From the NCBI GenBank assembly GCA_038087875.1, contig CM075989.1:24368001-24432000 (forward strand): DNA of 64,000 bases, given 5' to 3'. Both the position numbers and the translations under genes were made by a program. This document shows positions 49,239 to 62,329 of the stretch, one piece after another. The first letter of the stretch is position 1. Each line of letters starts with the position of its first letter. The notes beneath the pieces were generated by a model. The model ran no database searches, was not told where the DNA came from, and was given only the letters and a program-made list of their open reading frames with translations. This DNA is from Malacoraja senta (Eukaryota).

Positions 49239-52200
49239 GCCTATTTCCTTCGCTCCATAGATGCTGCTGCACCCGCTCAGTTTCTCCAGCATTTTTGTGT
49301 ACCTTCGATTTTTCCAGCATCTGCAGTTCCTTCTTTAACACTTATTATTCTCATGTTGCCATCAACCTCCCCACACAATTTGCAGAGGCCAATTTACCTA
49401 CCAACCTACTTGTCTTTGGGACATACAAAGAGACCAGGGGACTGGTAACATGCAAACTCCACATAGAGAGCTTTAAATATCAAGATTGAAGCCAGATCAC
49501 TGGAGGTGTAAGGCACCACCTCTATTCACTGTGCTACTGTGTTATCTCTTAAACAAGTCTTAAGACAAGTACAGATTTTACTGTATTGTGTACACTTCAA
49601 TCCAGAAACTGTGGAAGATACAAGTCTATAGTGACTCCAAGACCATTATGGTGCAAGCTCAGGGCAACAGTGGGTACAAGATTCATGTTGCTACAGAATT
49701 ACTGAATGGAGTGAAGATTGAATGGGGTGCTTTAAGAGAGGATTGCGTTGCAATGTGGGGACTGTTCATGATCCCGTGACAGAATATCACAACAGCTATA
49801 CATTTATATATATATATCAGTCATTTCATCGAATGTCATAATACAGACAGAAAACAGTCACATCAAAGCTGAAATCCTGAGAAATTATCCAGATTTGAAA
49901 AGTCAAAGAGAGTGATTTTGTGGCTTCAAAAAGGACAGCAGGAAAGAGGAACCATCCAGTGTCTGCTGCGACTCCAAGTGTTAGACAGTGTGAGAGCAGA
50001 GTTGCAAAGATCCTGAACCTTGGGAAGCAATCAAAGCAGACATTGTCACAACCAAGTTTGTGTTATCTAGCTTATATAACTATAGTAATTACAACTACAT
50101 GAATTATTAGTCCAGTGATAATTTTTATGTAGACTGGATTCTTGAGCGATTGGTAAGCATTAAACCTTATCTCATCATTTTGCAAGGACAAAAATATGAC
50201 AATCGTGTGAAGCTTGATACATTATTCTGCCACCATAGCAAAGTCTGAAACATGATATATCCATTTACGACGATGTGATTATATTACTCGGCTCCTGTAG
50301 ATCTTGAACATGCTGACAGGCAATGGTCTTGGTTGGAAAACATCCCAACATTACACTGATTCTGCTTGAGCACTTGACGTTGTACAGCCAACAGAGCTGA
50401 GCACCAAGGTTGAGAAGTTGAATTAAACTGAATAGCTCCTGAGCTAAGTGATGTATTTTGGTGCTGTAAAACTTGGTGATAAAACCACTCAATCTTCATC
50501 TATCTTCCAATTAACACGTTTCACTTACACTTTTTCTACTTTTTTCATTTATCTGTTTTCTACTTTAAAGTACAAAACAGATAAAGATTGACATGAGTGG
50601 TTACAGCAAATGGGAATTTTAAAGGCACAGGGCCCTTGGGGAGAATGAAAACTAAATCTCAGCACTATCTTAAATGGGCAACCTTTTTAAACATTTACCC
50701 CATGTTCTAAATTCTCCCAGAACACAAAACATCTTCTCATATCCAACTTGTCAAGACCCCTCAACATCTTCAAATGCTTTACTATGGTTTTGAATATCAG
50801 TCCCCACAAGCCTTTCCTCATTCTCTGGGTGTTTGCTTATGGGATCAGAACCACCACTTAAGAATGCTTGCTACTCTTTATTATACATGCCATTAATATT
50901 TTATCTCTTCAAATTTTCATTGAAATGGAAAAACATTCCTTCATCTATTCAGCTACATTCCATAATCTGCAGTTAGATTTAGCTCTTAGGGCTAACCAGA
51001 ATCAAGGGATATTTGGAAAAAGCAGGAACGGAGTACTGATTTTGGATTTTGGATGATCAGCCATGATCATATTGCATGGCAGTGCTGGCTCGAAGGCCGA
51101 ATGGCCTACTCCAGCACCTATTTTTCTATGTTTCAATGTTTATATACTTTATATTTCTGCCGCTGTGCTGAAGGTTTCCCAGATACCTAAATTATGTTGT
51201 GTTTTAACACAAAACTCCACTAGTTTGGTATACAATTACTAATACAAGTGTTGTTCCAGTATAAAACTTTTATTTTAAGTGAAGCTGGAAGTAAAACGCG
51301 CTGATGTTGATGGAAGTAATTCTAGACAGTTTGGCTCTCTGAAGGTGTCACTAATGAGAGGGACAAGTCAAGCAGGATTCTTTAAATATCAAAGTAAGAA
51401 GATCGATATTGATTTAAAGCAGACCCAGTTACACTAATGGTCACTTTTTAATTTTGAATTAATTAAATGACAAATTGTCTGAAAGTATCATAACTTCAAA
51501 TTTGCTTTGAAAGAGGAATAAATATTTCTTACATTTTCTCTGATCTTGTGAAGGAACCAGAGATTTATATTCATCTGACTGATTTCAGGAGACACCAAAG
51601 GAACATTATTTGGTTCTTTGTATGGATAATTAGAGATTGCCATTTGGGACACTCATTAGCAGCAGAACAAAACGTTTTGTATTGTGTGGTACTTATATCT
51701 TTATATACACACTACAATGTCCAATACTAAATGAATTTTAAACTAGTTCCTATTCAATAAAATAAGATTCAAATTGTGAAACCATTGCAAGACAATATGA
51801 TGATACTGATGATGATATTTTATTCTCACAAGTGCCTCTGTACATAGGCACAGTGACAATCTTTGTTATACTATAAATCAGTGTTTCTTAAACTGGTGAA
51901 TGGTTCACCCAAGGATGAATGAGTTAATTTACGTTTTTTTGCTCATGTGACAAAATAAATTATATATAAAATTATACATAACGGAGAATAAGACGAAAAT
52001 TAGCAAAAAACAGAAGAAAATTTAGTCGAGGGTGAATTAAATTTTGTGATAAAAACTCAAGGGTGAATGACACTGAAATAGTTTAAGAAGCACTGCTATA
52101 GATTAACGTACTATAACAAAAGCTTTTCACTGTACCTCGGTACACGTGACAATAAACTAAACTGAGATAAGCACAACCATAGAAAAGTACAAAAGTGCAA

Positions 52201-52394
52201 CGATTGTAGTGTAATTGTAGACTTCACCGATAAATTAATACGCTCTGGGGAATGCACAGTTTAGATTTGGTGTGCAATTCTCTGGAGTTTTGTTTGGGCT
52301 GACAACATTTTGCCACAAGTTGGGGCTGTCACCCCTGTCCCATCACATCACGTTGCACCTCAATCTCTTACCATGGTTTTCCTGCAAAACTTAC

Positions 52395-52432
52395 CCACAG
52401 TTACAGATTTCGCAGATGCATTTTCGGGTCAT
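52395..52432 (-). CDS. SAXO2: SAXO2 exon 1, coding part
   Basis: ATG at 52432-52430. MTRKCICEICNCG is the SAXO N-terminal Cys motif, followed by a GTAAGT donor. The four exons sum to 1407 nt = 468 aa + stop. Confidence 0.92.
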
Positions 52433-52449
52433 CCTGGCTGCTGCTGAGA

Positions 52450-52740
52450 TGGGCTGGTGTGGAGGTATATGAGGCTTTGCCTGGAGCTCACACTGCCTCT
52501 GTGGGCTGGTGTGTGTTTGTGGGGAGGGGGGGGGGGAGAGAGAGGGCTTTGCTGGAGCTCACGCTGCTGCTTTGGGCTGCTGGTGTGGGCTGGTGCAGGC
52601 TGATCTGGGCTGGTGTGGGGGTATATGAGGCTTTGCCTGGAGCTTACACTGCCTCTGTGGGGTGGTGTGTGTGTGTGGGGGGGGGGGGGGGGTGGGGGGA
52701 GGGGGGTAGAGAGGGCTTTGCTGGAGCTCACGCTGCTGGA
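52450..52740. repeat. Tandem duplication (period about 156 bp) with poly-G tracts, upstream of the SAXO2 ATG
   Basis: tgggctggtgtgg.ggtatatgaggctttgcctggagct.acactgcctctgtggg at 52450 and 52606. Confidence 0.9.
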
Positions 52741-52839
52741 GCTCACGCTGCTGGTGCGGGCTGGTACAGGCTGCTGTGGGCTGCTGTGGGCTGCTGTGGG
52801 CTGCAGGAGTGGGGGAGAGAGGGCTTTGCTGCCGCCGCC

Positions 52840-52990
52840 GCCTCTATTGTGCGGGCAGCGTCTCCAGCCCGGCAACGGTCGCCCGGCAACCAACGCGTCC
52901 CGGCAACGGCGCCGCGTCACGCTCTACGTCACGGGTCAGAGGTGAGCGGCCTGGACCGGGCTGGAGCCTGGCGGCGACAAGGTGGGTGCT
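52840..52990. promoter_or_regulatory. CpG-rich bidirectional promoter of SAXO2/EFL1 with RFX X-box and CRE-like half sites
   Basis: CpG-dense non-repeat segment between divergent genes. GTCGCCCGGCAAC at 52878-52890 fits GTNRCC(N0-3)RGYAAC; further GGCAAC half sites at 52871 and 52902; CGTCAC at 52915 and 52927. Confidence 0.7.
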
Positions 52991-53196
52991 CGCTCGCTCC
53001 CCGCTCCCCGCTCCACACTCACCCCCCCCTACTCACTCCTCACTCACCCCCCCTACTCACTCCTCACTCACCCTCTACTCTCCCCCTCCTCACTCTTCGC
53101 TCCCTCCATCCTCACACTCCTCCTTATTCCCTCCTCTCCCTCTCCCTACTCCCCCTCCCTCTCTCCCTCCCTCTCCCCCTCTCCCTACTCCCCCTC

Positions 53197-53396
53197 NNNN
53201 NNNNNNNNNNNNNNNNNNNNNNNNNNNNNNNNNNNNNNNNNNNNNNNNNNNNNNNNNNNNNNNNNNNNNNNNNNNNNNNNNNNNNNNNNNNNNNNNNNNN
53301 NNNNNNNNNNNNNNNNNNNNNNNNNNNNNNNNNNNNNNNNNNNNNNNNNNNNNNNNNNNNNNNNNNNNNNNNNNNNNNNNNNNNNNNNNNNNNNNN
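53197..53396. other. Assembly gap (200 N)
   Basis: Run of N, preceded by C/T low-complexity sequence at about 53010-53196. Confidence 1.
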
Positions 53397-53416
53397 TGTA
53401 TTGTTATCATTTATAG

Positions 53417-53484
53417 GTAAAACTACCTTAGCTGACAGCCTTATTGCTAGCAATGGGATCATTTCTAATCGACTTGCAGGAAAG
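53417..53484 (+). CDS. EFL1: Elongation factor-like GTPase 1, exon (end of G1/P-loop)
   Basis: ttatag acceptor, gtaagc donor, phase 1-0. GKTTLADSLIASNGIISNRLAGK. Confidence 0.95.
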
Positions 53485-53744
53485 GTAAGCGGATAGATAT
53501 TTAAGTGAGATTTTTACAAATAATCTTTGGGTCTTGACCCGAAACGTCGCCTATTCCTTTGCTCCTTGGATGCTGCCTCACCCGCAGATCTTCTCCAGCT
53601 TTTTTGTCTACCTTCGATTTGTATATAACAACTTTTATATAGCAACTTTCACTTTCCAGTTAGATGACTGGGAATGAAACACCAGCCCTGTTGTAAGATA
53701 GGGAACGCAGCAGGTATGGGGAATGGCTAGACAGTCTGCTTTAA

Positions 53745-53920
53745 TGATTTTGGTTCAGGATTAAACATTGACCAGGATTCTGGAGTGTGCCTTTCTTGTA
53801 GTACCGTCACAAGATCTATTATGTACACCAGGTTCTTAATTTAATGTGTTTTCAATGAATAGCTCCTCTGACAGACAGTACAGCAGTGAAATGTCAGTGT
53901 AGAATTTGTATTCAGGTATA
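53745..53920. mobile_element. Highly degraded DeuSINE-like (SacSINE1/AmnSINE-type) segment
   Basis: Ordered patches ggtt.agg.taaa.attg.ccagga...gatct.tta.gt.cacc...tttaa.gt...cctc.gacag...cagtac.gca.tg.a.tgtcag..taga.tt.gt resemble the Deu domain as recalled. Confidence 0.4.
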
Positions 53921-54339
53921 ATAATGCTACTTGTGTATGGTGTGCACACCCTAAAGTTAGAGGTTAACTTGTTCTATTTGATCTTGATTGTGGCCTGTTG
54001 TAGATTTAGTGTTGCTAGAAACTGACCAGTCCTCAGCTGCAGGAACTTGGTTGTTGCTTTATGGTACCAGTTCACTGCCTTGACTTGTAGTTTTAATATC
54101 AAACATGATGCACTCTTTTAGAATACTAGCGACGTGCTGATAGTGGTAACTGAAAGGATGTATGAAACACGTCATGAACAATGAAGTCAACATTTTTGCT
54201 ACATTGTGCAGGAGTATGTGAGTGGAAGAAATGTGCATTCTTGTAATGGGAAAGACAAAAATGTTTGATGATTTCTAAGCTGTCATTTTTGGGGAGTACC
54301 AACACAAGCTGGGAACATAATTGCCTGTCCATCTCTTTA

Positions 54340-54554
54340 AGGGCCTGTCCCACTTGGCAACTGCCGGCATCATTGACTGATGTATCAGGTTACCGAAAAA
54401 TTTGCGGCGTGATGACATATGACGAGCTGTGTTTTTTCAAGTGTCGCAACATTTTTTTTTTGTCGCCGCTGGATTTTGAAATGTTCAAAATCTTTTGGCG
54501 ACACTGATATGATGCCGGCATTCGCCGAGAAAATCGCCAAGTGGGACAGGTCCT
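54340..54554. mobile_element. Second copy of the palindromic MITE
   Basis: ttaagggcctgtcccacttggc...gccaagtgggacaggtccttaa. A third, truncated copy lies at 62495 to about 62655. Confidence 0.82.
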
Positions 54555-55175
54555 TAAGTTACCTTGGTGTGCAGCTTTCCAGGCAAAGGAGATTAGCTGA
54601 ATATATGAGAACTCATTTCGAAAATATAATTTATTGTGAATAATAGTTTCAGGTATTTGAAGTCAATGTTAGTTGTTTTTGTCAAGGGACATACAGCTTT
54701 GTGCATCATTGTATTTCTAATCAAAAAGCTGCTGTCGAGCTTTGGCCAATACATGGCCATTGACTCAACCTGCTCTATAACAACACAACATATTTCCCAT
54801 GGGAAGTTGGACTAAGTTTGTTCTGAGGCCACTTTAGAGGCTAATTATTTTCCTTGAAAATGTCTCAAAATTTTCATCTACTTTCCCATTTCTTTATTTT
54901 CTCAACAAACTCTTCAGTTATCGTGCTACATCATAACATACCATGTTATGGTTTGTGTATACTTGAAGTTTTTCCACTTGCGATTTGTTTATATATTTTT
55001 GAAAATATTATTCTTGTTGAGTCATGACAATTAAATGGATTGACAGTTAGGTGTTGCAAAAAATAACTCAATTGATTTGTGAAAATTGCAGCAGTAACTT
55101 GTGGACAGGATTTAAATTACTCATTGAATAAATCTATTGAAAATATTAATCATGTGTAATTCTTGCTCATTATAG

Positions 55176-55260
55176 TTACGATATATGGATAGTCGAGAAG
55201 ATGAGCAGATCAGAGGAATCACAATGAAATCCAGTTCTATATCATTGCACTTCAATACAG
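55176..55260 (+). CDS. EFL1: EFL1 exon (switch I, RGIT motif)
   Basis: tatag acceptor, gtaaat donor, phase 0-1. [28 protein letters not shown]. Confidence 0.95.
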
Positions 55261-58198
55261 GTAAATTATTTAGTAGAATTGCACACAATAGTATCATTGA
55301 ATTATGTACAACAGGATCTGCATCGAAGATAGACACAAAATGCTGGAGTAACTCAGCGAGACAGGCAGCATCTCTGGAGAGAAGGAATGGGTGACGTTTC
55401 GGGTCGAGACCCTTCTTCAAACCCGAAACGTCACCCATTCTTTCTCTCCAGAGATGCTGCCCGTCCCGCTGAGGTACTCCAGCATTTTGTGTCTATCTTC
55501 GATTTAAACCAGTATCTGCAGTTCTTTCCTACACAGATGTTGTGTTTGATTTGCTGTTTGCCAGAACAATTAAAAACAGATCACATTGCTTTGCTCCCTT
55601 GCAATAGCCATGTATGTTCCTGTATGTCAACTATTTATCGATTTTTTTTCCTCGTATGAAGTGTAGCTGTCTTTTCAATCACTCTATTTTTATTACCACA
55701 AAATTAGTTTCTCTTGCTTTTGTTGAATTAGTTCCTGATCCCCAAACCAGGTGAACGTTTTACATTTATATTCTCTCAAAATCTTATGTTGTTTAAAAGG
55801 TCTTCTTTACAGTATGGTGTGCATTGCAGATTAGTAATCAGGAAACTTAGATTAATAATGCAGAGATCTGAGTTCCGATCCAAATTCAATTAGTAACCTG
55901 GATGTTTTTTTCATATTGGTCCTTTCTAATAATGTCCATAATACTATCAGATTGTCATTGAAACCCAACTGGTTCAATAATATTCTTCAGGGAAAGACAT
56001 TTGCTCTCCTTATCAAGTCTGGCCTGTTTATGGTTGATGCCTGAATGCCCTTTCATTTTGTGGAGTGAATGAGTTCAGTGAGGCTGTTGTCGGTTTTATC
56101 ACAGCATCTTAAAGTTACATAGCACGGAAACAAGCCCTTTGATTCAACTTGTCTTTGCCGACCAAGTTGATAACCTGAGCTAGGGTTTCGACCCGAAACG
56201 TTGCGTATTTCCTTCACTCCATAGATACTGCCTCACCCGCTGAGTTTCTCCAGCATTTTTGTCTACCTAGTCCCAATTGCCTGTGTTTGGCCTATATTAC
56301 AGTAAACATTTCCTGCCAGTGTACCTGTCTAAATGTATTTTAAACATTGCAATCATACCCGCCTCTGCAGCTTCCTTTGGCAGCTTGTTCTATATTCCCA
56401 CTGCCCTCCATGTTAAATGATGCCCCTCGGATCCCTTTGAAATCATTCCCCTTTCATTTTAATCACATCTCTAGGTTTATGCTTCCATACCCTAAGACAA
56501 GGACTATGACCATTCATCTTATCAATGACACTCATGATTCTATATACCACTATAATGTCACCCCACGGCCTCCTTAGTTCCAGGGATGAAAGCCCCAGCC
56601 TATCCAGCCTCTCCTGGTAACTCAATCACTCCAGTCCAGGTAACGTTGTTGTGAATCTTTAATGCACTCTCTCCAGGTTAGTGACATTGTTTCCTGTAGC
56701 TGGGTGAGCAGAACTGCACACAATATCCAAGTGTGTGTCACCAACTACTTGTATGGTTGTAACATGGCATCCCAATCCCGATACTCAATGTTCTGATCAA
56801 TGAAGGCAAATGTGCCCAAATGTTGGGAAAGCTAGCTCTATAAAAAAAAAAATCTTCAGGTAATCTATGCCAGGGAATCACAATTTTGGTTATCTTTTGT
56901 TTGCAGTTACTAATGAAGGACTATAGGAAGGTTGCCACAATACAATCCTTCTTGACATCCCAACATGATTACTTAATTGCAACCCTTCATTCAGGAATGT
57001 GGCTTCCACTAAATAGGAAATCAGGAAAGCATTTAATTGAAACTTAAGGCTTTACAAATGTCCAGATGTTGTAGCGATAATCAGCTTTATAGATTTTGAA
57101 GTGGAAGACTAGTGGCATATGGGAGAACCATTCTAAATACACTGTGTGTAGGAAGGAACTGCAGATGCTAGTTTAAACCGAAGACAGATACAGAAAGGTG
57201 GAGTAACTCAACGGGTCAGCCAGCTTTTCCCCAGAGATGTTGCCTGACCCACTGAGTTACTCCAGCTTTCTGTGTCTGTCTTCATCATAAATACATTATT
57301 CTCTTCACCAGCTATTGTGTGTACTCTCAAAAGAATGCTCAGGTTATTCTGACTTTCCAAACTTGCAGCCTTTACCACCAAGAAGCAACTGAATGGGAAC
57401 ACCATCACGCATCCCCCTCCACATCATGCATCACCCTGACATGGAAATATATCACTGGCCCTTCACTGTCACCTGGTCCAGATGCTGAAACACCCTGCCC
57501 AGCAGCACTGCACACCAGCAGGGCTGGAGCTGACCACTACTTCTCCAGGGCAGTTTGTGGTGGGCAACTAATACTGGCCTTGCTGGGGGCTGCCAAATCC
57601 TAAAAATGAGTAGTTAACAGTATTTTTGTGGTATTTTTATAATATCACAATATTTTCAGAGGAGTTCTTTTAGTTTTTTTTTAGTTTAGAGATACAGCGT
57701 GGAAACAGGCCCTTCGGCCCACCGAGTTCATGCTGACCAGTGATGCCCGTTCACTAGTTCTATCCTACACACTAGTGGCAATTTACAGAAGCCAATTAAC
57801 CTACAAACCTGTGGGTCTTTGGAGAGTGGGAGGAAACTGGAGCACCAAGGGGTAAACCCCACACAGTCATAGAGAGAACGTGCAAACTCCTTACGGACAG
57901 CACCCATCGTGCGTATCAAACCCGGAACTCTGGTGCTGTAAGGCAGCAACTCTACCACTTCGCCACTGTGCCGCCCTGAAAGGCTCTTCTTATGCCTAAT
58001 TAGTTTAATTCATTAAGAATGAAAAGTTACATATGTCCCTTTGGGAATTTTGTTGATGAATGGCACCATTCATTTGAGCCTGATCATCACCACTTGCAGT
58101 TATAGGATTTAAAAGATAGATTAATGAATGATTGCACTCCAGTTATAAATAGAAAAATGGCTTGTGGAAGATAGTACATGTTGCCTTATATTTCACAG

Positions 58199-58332
58199 AT
58201 AATCAAGAATATCTCATCAATATGATCGATTCCCCCGGCCACGTGGATTTCTCCTCAGAAGTATCCACTGCTGTGCGAGTATGTGATGGTGCTGTGGTTG
58301 TTGTCGATGTTGTCGAAGGTGTCTGCCCTCAG
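58199..58332 (+). CDS. EFL1: EFL1 exon (G3 DxPG motif)
   Basis: ttcacag acceptor, gtaaac donor, phase 1-0. [41 protein letters not shown]. Confidence 0.96.
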
Positions 58333-58658
58333 GTAAACTCAGGGAATATGCACTTTTTCACCGTTGACAATTTGCAACATCTATTTGAATATGAAATTGA
58401 GAGTCGGTGCCTACACGGGGTATTAAATTTGGTCGAGAAAATTAGCCTCACGAGATTTTCTAATTACTGCAGTATGAAATTATTTCCCCAAGCTAGTTTT
58501 GCACGGGCACTGTTACCAATATTTTTTAGACATGTTGCCGGTTAAATAGATGATCTAGAATGCATCAGTGTTGTTTTAATGCTGAAACAACAATAATTTA
58601 ATTTGATTACTGTGGATAATCTGAATAGAAATGAGAACTTTTGCTGTTTCATTTTCAG

Positions 58659-58796
58659 ACTCAGGCAGTGTTGCGCCAGGCCTGGTTGGAGAACATTCGC
58701 CCAGTTTTAGTCATTAACAAAATCGATCGGCTGATCACTGAACTAAAATTAACTCCTCTTGAAGCTTATATTCAATTGCAGAAGATTCTGGAGCAG
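58659..58796 (+). CDS. EFL1: EFL1 exon (G4 NKxD motif)
   Basis: ttttcag acceptor, gtaaga donor, phase 0-0. [37 protein letters not shown]. Confidence 0.96.
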
Positions 58797-61700
58797 GTAA
58801 GAAATATCGGCTTATTGTGCTCATTTAAAACGTTATTCTGCACAATTCCTGTGTATTTTGTCAGTGCTCAAATAGATGATGTATTTTTCTATGCATGCCA
58901 TTGTACTGTGATGCAGATAAATCTTTATATGTCAATAGACCAAGTGGGACCCATTGGGCTCCGTCCCCCAACGCGGGTGGGGTGGTGCGGCCAAATCTTT
59001 ATATATCAATATACTCAGCAGAAAATGTTTAAAAGTGCCCCAAAAATAAAATTAGAATGGATATTTAGCATTTTGCTTGTTCAAGGTAACATTTTTTTGT
59101 TCCTTCTGGGAAAGTTTTATCTGTTATAATTTGGTTTAGAGATACAGCGTATAAACGGGTCCTTCAGCTCACTGAGTCCGCACCAACCAGCGATCCCTGC
59201 ACATTAACACTATTATACACACACACACACACACTAGGGACAATTTCACATTTACACCAAGCCAATTAACCTACAAACCTGTACGTCTTTGGAGTGCGGG
59301 AGGAAACCGAATATCTCGGGGAAAAAACCCACGCAGGTCACGGGGAGAATGTACAAACTCTGTACAGACAACACCCGTAGTCAGGATCGAACCCGGATCT
59401 CTGGCGCTGTAAGGCAGCAGTTCTACCCGCTGTGCCACCGTGCGGGCATTAGTGCTGCGGACTTTTAATTACTTTGGCAATCTGCGACCAAGGAGATTTG
59501 CAAGCTGGGAATGTGAGGTGAAGAGTGAAGAGGTACCAGGAGAACTGAAGCAGAATAATGTGGTGCCCAGATTCACAGCTTGTATCGGTCATCAGCATCT
59601 CCCTTCCTATCCAAGTAGAATAATAGGTCTGATTGGTTGAGGCACATGCACGCTATAGTAAATTGTTAAGAAAAAGGAGAGGATATACCTGAAGGTAGAT
59701 AAATATACCTGAAAAGGGGACGATATACCTGAATGTAACATGCAAGGTTCAATGAAATAAAAGTTAATTTAGTGTGTAAGAAGGAACTACAAATGCTGGT
59801 TCACACCGAAGAAAGATCACCCATTCCTTCTCTCCAGGGATGCTGCCTGTCCCGCTGAGTTACTCCAGCATTTTGTGTCTATCGTCGGTGTAAACCAGTA
59901 TCTGCAGTTCCTTCCCACACATGACTTGGTGGTATCTGTGGACTGAACCAGGACTTCCAAATTAAAGCGACAGAACCGAGAAAGCAGGGGAAGGGGTGAT
60001 TGGCTGTTAAGTAAAAGGAGAAATAATGGAAATTAAAAGGTAAAGCTCAAAGTAAGGCAAAGGGTAACAAAAATAAACTGATAACATTATTTTAAACAAG
60101 CAATATGCAAAATAAACATTTAAGAAAGCAAGCAAGTGCAACAGAAGGAAGGAATTAATACTATTTTCACTGTAGCGAAGGACATTATTTTGTATTGTAG
60201 ATGATTGTACCTGCAAATGGGTTTTATTTGAATATTTTTCATGATCATTCAAGGATAATTGCCAGTGACTCTTGGTCTCAGCTGTCTAAGGAGGAACCTG
60301 GGGCATGTTCCATATCATCTCGCACTAATTAAATTAAACACAGTACTGAAAATGAAACCCATCTGCGATATAATACATTGATTTCTCTACTCGTTCTAAG
60401 TGATGGAAGAAGATTTAAAGAAATATTTCAACAGATGGCTTACAGATGACAACGCAATTATGGTTGCACTGCTTCCACAGTCACCTTTGACCCATGCAGG
60501 ATATGGACCTTAACGTGACCTATTATGAGTTTGCTGATTATTTGGCACTGATGGGTTATGAAACCAATTCATCATAGAGCAATATGTTGCATTAAGCAGC
60601 ACAATAATTTAGAGTCTTGTTTAACAGCAAGTTATTTGTAATCCATTTAAACCGGGTATCTCCTGTGTGCTGTTAAGACTGTAAATTAGCTGCCATGATT
60701 GCTGGAAAGATAATTAGCAACTTTAATCAAAGAAGTAATTCTATGACCCCCAAATGCTTCCATCTAGATCTTTACACAAAATGAATTGTTGCTGAAATTA
60801 TTACTGTGCCATGTATTTTGCTCCATTTTGACTGAGAATTTCCTCCTACCTAATGGAGTAACTTTTGCATTGCTGTTGTGGATTTTTAATTATGTGTGGC
60901 GGCCAGTTTGTACAAAGCATCACAAGCAGAAATGAATGACCAACGAGGTGATGTGTTGTTAGTGTCAGCCAGTATACTGGCACCGCTCCATCCCTGTGTT
61001 TGAATCAAGCTAAGGCAACCTTGCTGTCAGCTTGAGCCAACAAGGTTGGTTCAAGTATGATCCCTCTCCAGTCCTCATTTTGTAAAAGGAATTTTTTTAA
61101 AGTGTTGATTGGTAAAATTATATAATATAAAACTGGCATTTCATAGGCATATGGGGAGAATCTGCAAAAAGAACCTTGTTTGACATAAATTTCTAAAGCT
61201 ACTGATGAAAGTCCAAGTTAATTATACTCGGAAGATAAATTTGCGGAATAGGGAAAGATAACATAAAATTGAAAAGAACGTTTTTCTTTGCATATTATAA
61301 GCATTCATTCATTTAAGGGTAGCAGATGTTTAGAATTACTGTTGTAGGATTCATTTCCTAAGAAAAAAAAAAGTGAGTTCAGAGTTGGGCTGTACTGGTA
61401 ATTTGCTGACAGACTTCTTGCTATTGTATCTCCTGTACCATAGACTAAAGCCTGTACTTGGGTCACGGAAAATCTTACTGGAAAGCAATATAATATTGCA
61501 AGCTAGAGGAAGAGTCTTGGGAATGGCGGAGTGAATTGATCGGGAAAGTGACCTTTAGTCCACTTTAGGCTTTAGAGATACAACGCGAAAACAGGCCCTT
61601 CAGCCCATCGAATCCACACGGACCAGTGATCACCCCAATACTAGCACTATTCAACACACTGGGGACAATTCAAAATTTTTACCAAAGCCAATTAACCTAC

Positions 61701-62114
61701 AAACCTGTACGTCTTTGGAGTGTGGGAGGAAACCGGAGAAAGTCCACATGGTCACAGGTAGAACGTACAAACTCCATACAGACAGCACCCGTAGTCAGGA
61801 TCGAACCCGGGTCTCTGACGCTGTAAGACAGCAACTCTACCGCTGCGCCACTGTGCCGCCCTAAGAGATCTATGTCTTTTTTCATAAAAACACTTGCAAA
61901 CTGAAGAAATTAGAAAAATATTTGATTTGAGCTCAATATTATGTATATTGCAGTTGTTTGTGTCTGAAGCCTTTAGAATAATAACAAATGAAGTTTGTGG
62001 TGCTATCACACACATCTTTTAAAATGTGAGCAGCATATTCTGTTTTCTTTAAAATGATTTGCCAAGTAAAAATATGAATTTCTTTCATTGGACAATAATA
62101 TCTGAATATTTTAG

Positions 62115-62329
62115 GTAAATGCGATAACTGGGAGTCTTTTTACTTCCAAAGTATTGGAATCAAGAGCGGAGATGGATGTCACACGAGAGCCTACTTCAGA
62201 CTGGAAGACTAGTGGGCAGATTTATGACTGGAGCGCTGGCCTGGAAGAAACAGATGATTCGCACCTCTACTTCGCCCCAGAACAAGGGAATGTGGTTTTT
62301 GGAAGTGCTATTGATGGCTGGGGCTTCAG
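62115..62329 (+). CDS. EFL1: EFL1 exon; gene continues beyond the window
   Basis: ttttag acceptor, gtatgc donor, phase 0-2. [15 protein letters not shown]...[35 protein letters not shown] contains the EFL1-type insertion absent from eEF2. Confidence 0.95.

Noticed and set aside
52429..53496. Long ORFs of 106-345 aa around the promoter
   Set aside because: Products of GC-rich low-complexity repeats and read-through of the N gap; only 53417-53484 is a real exon.
53417..62329. Alternative identity as eEF2 or EFTUD2
   Set aside because: [25 protein letters not shown] and the [13 protein letters not shown] insertion are EFL1-type.
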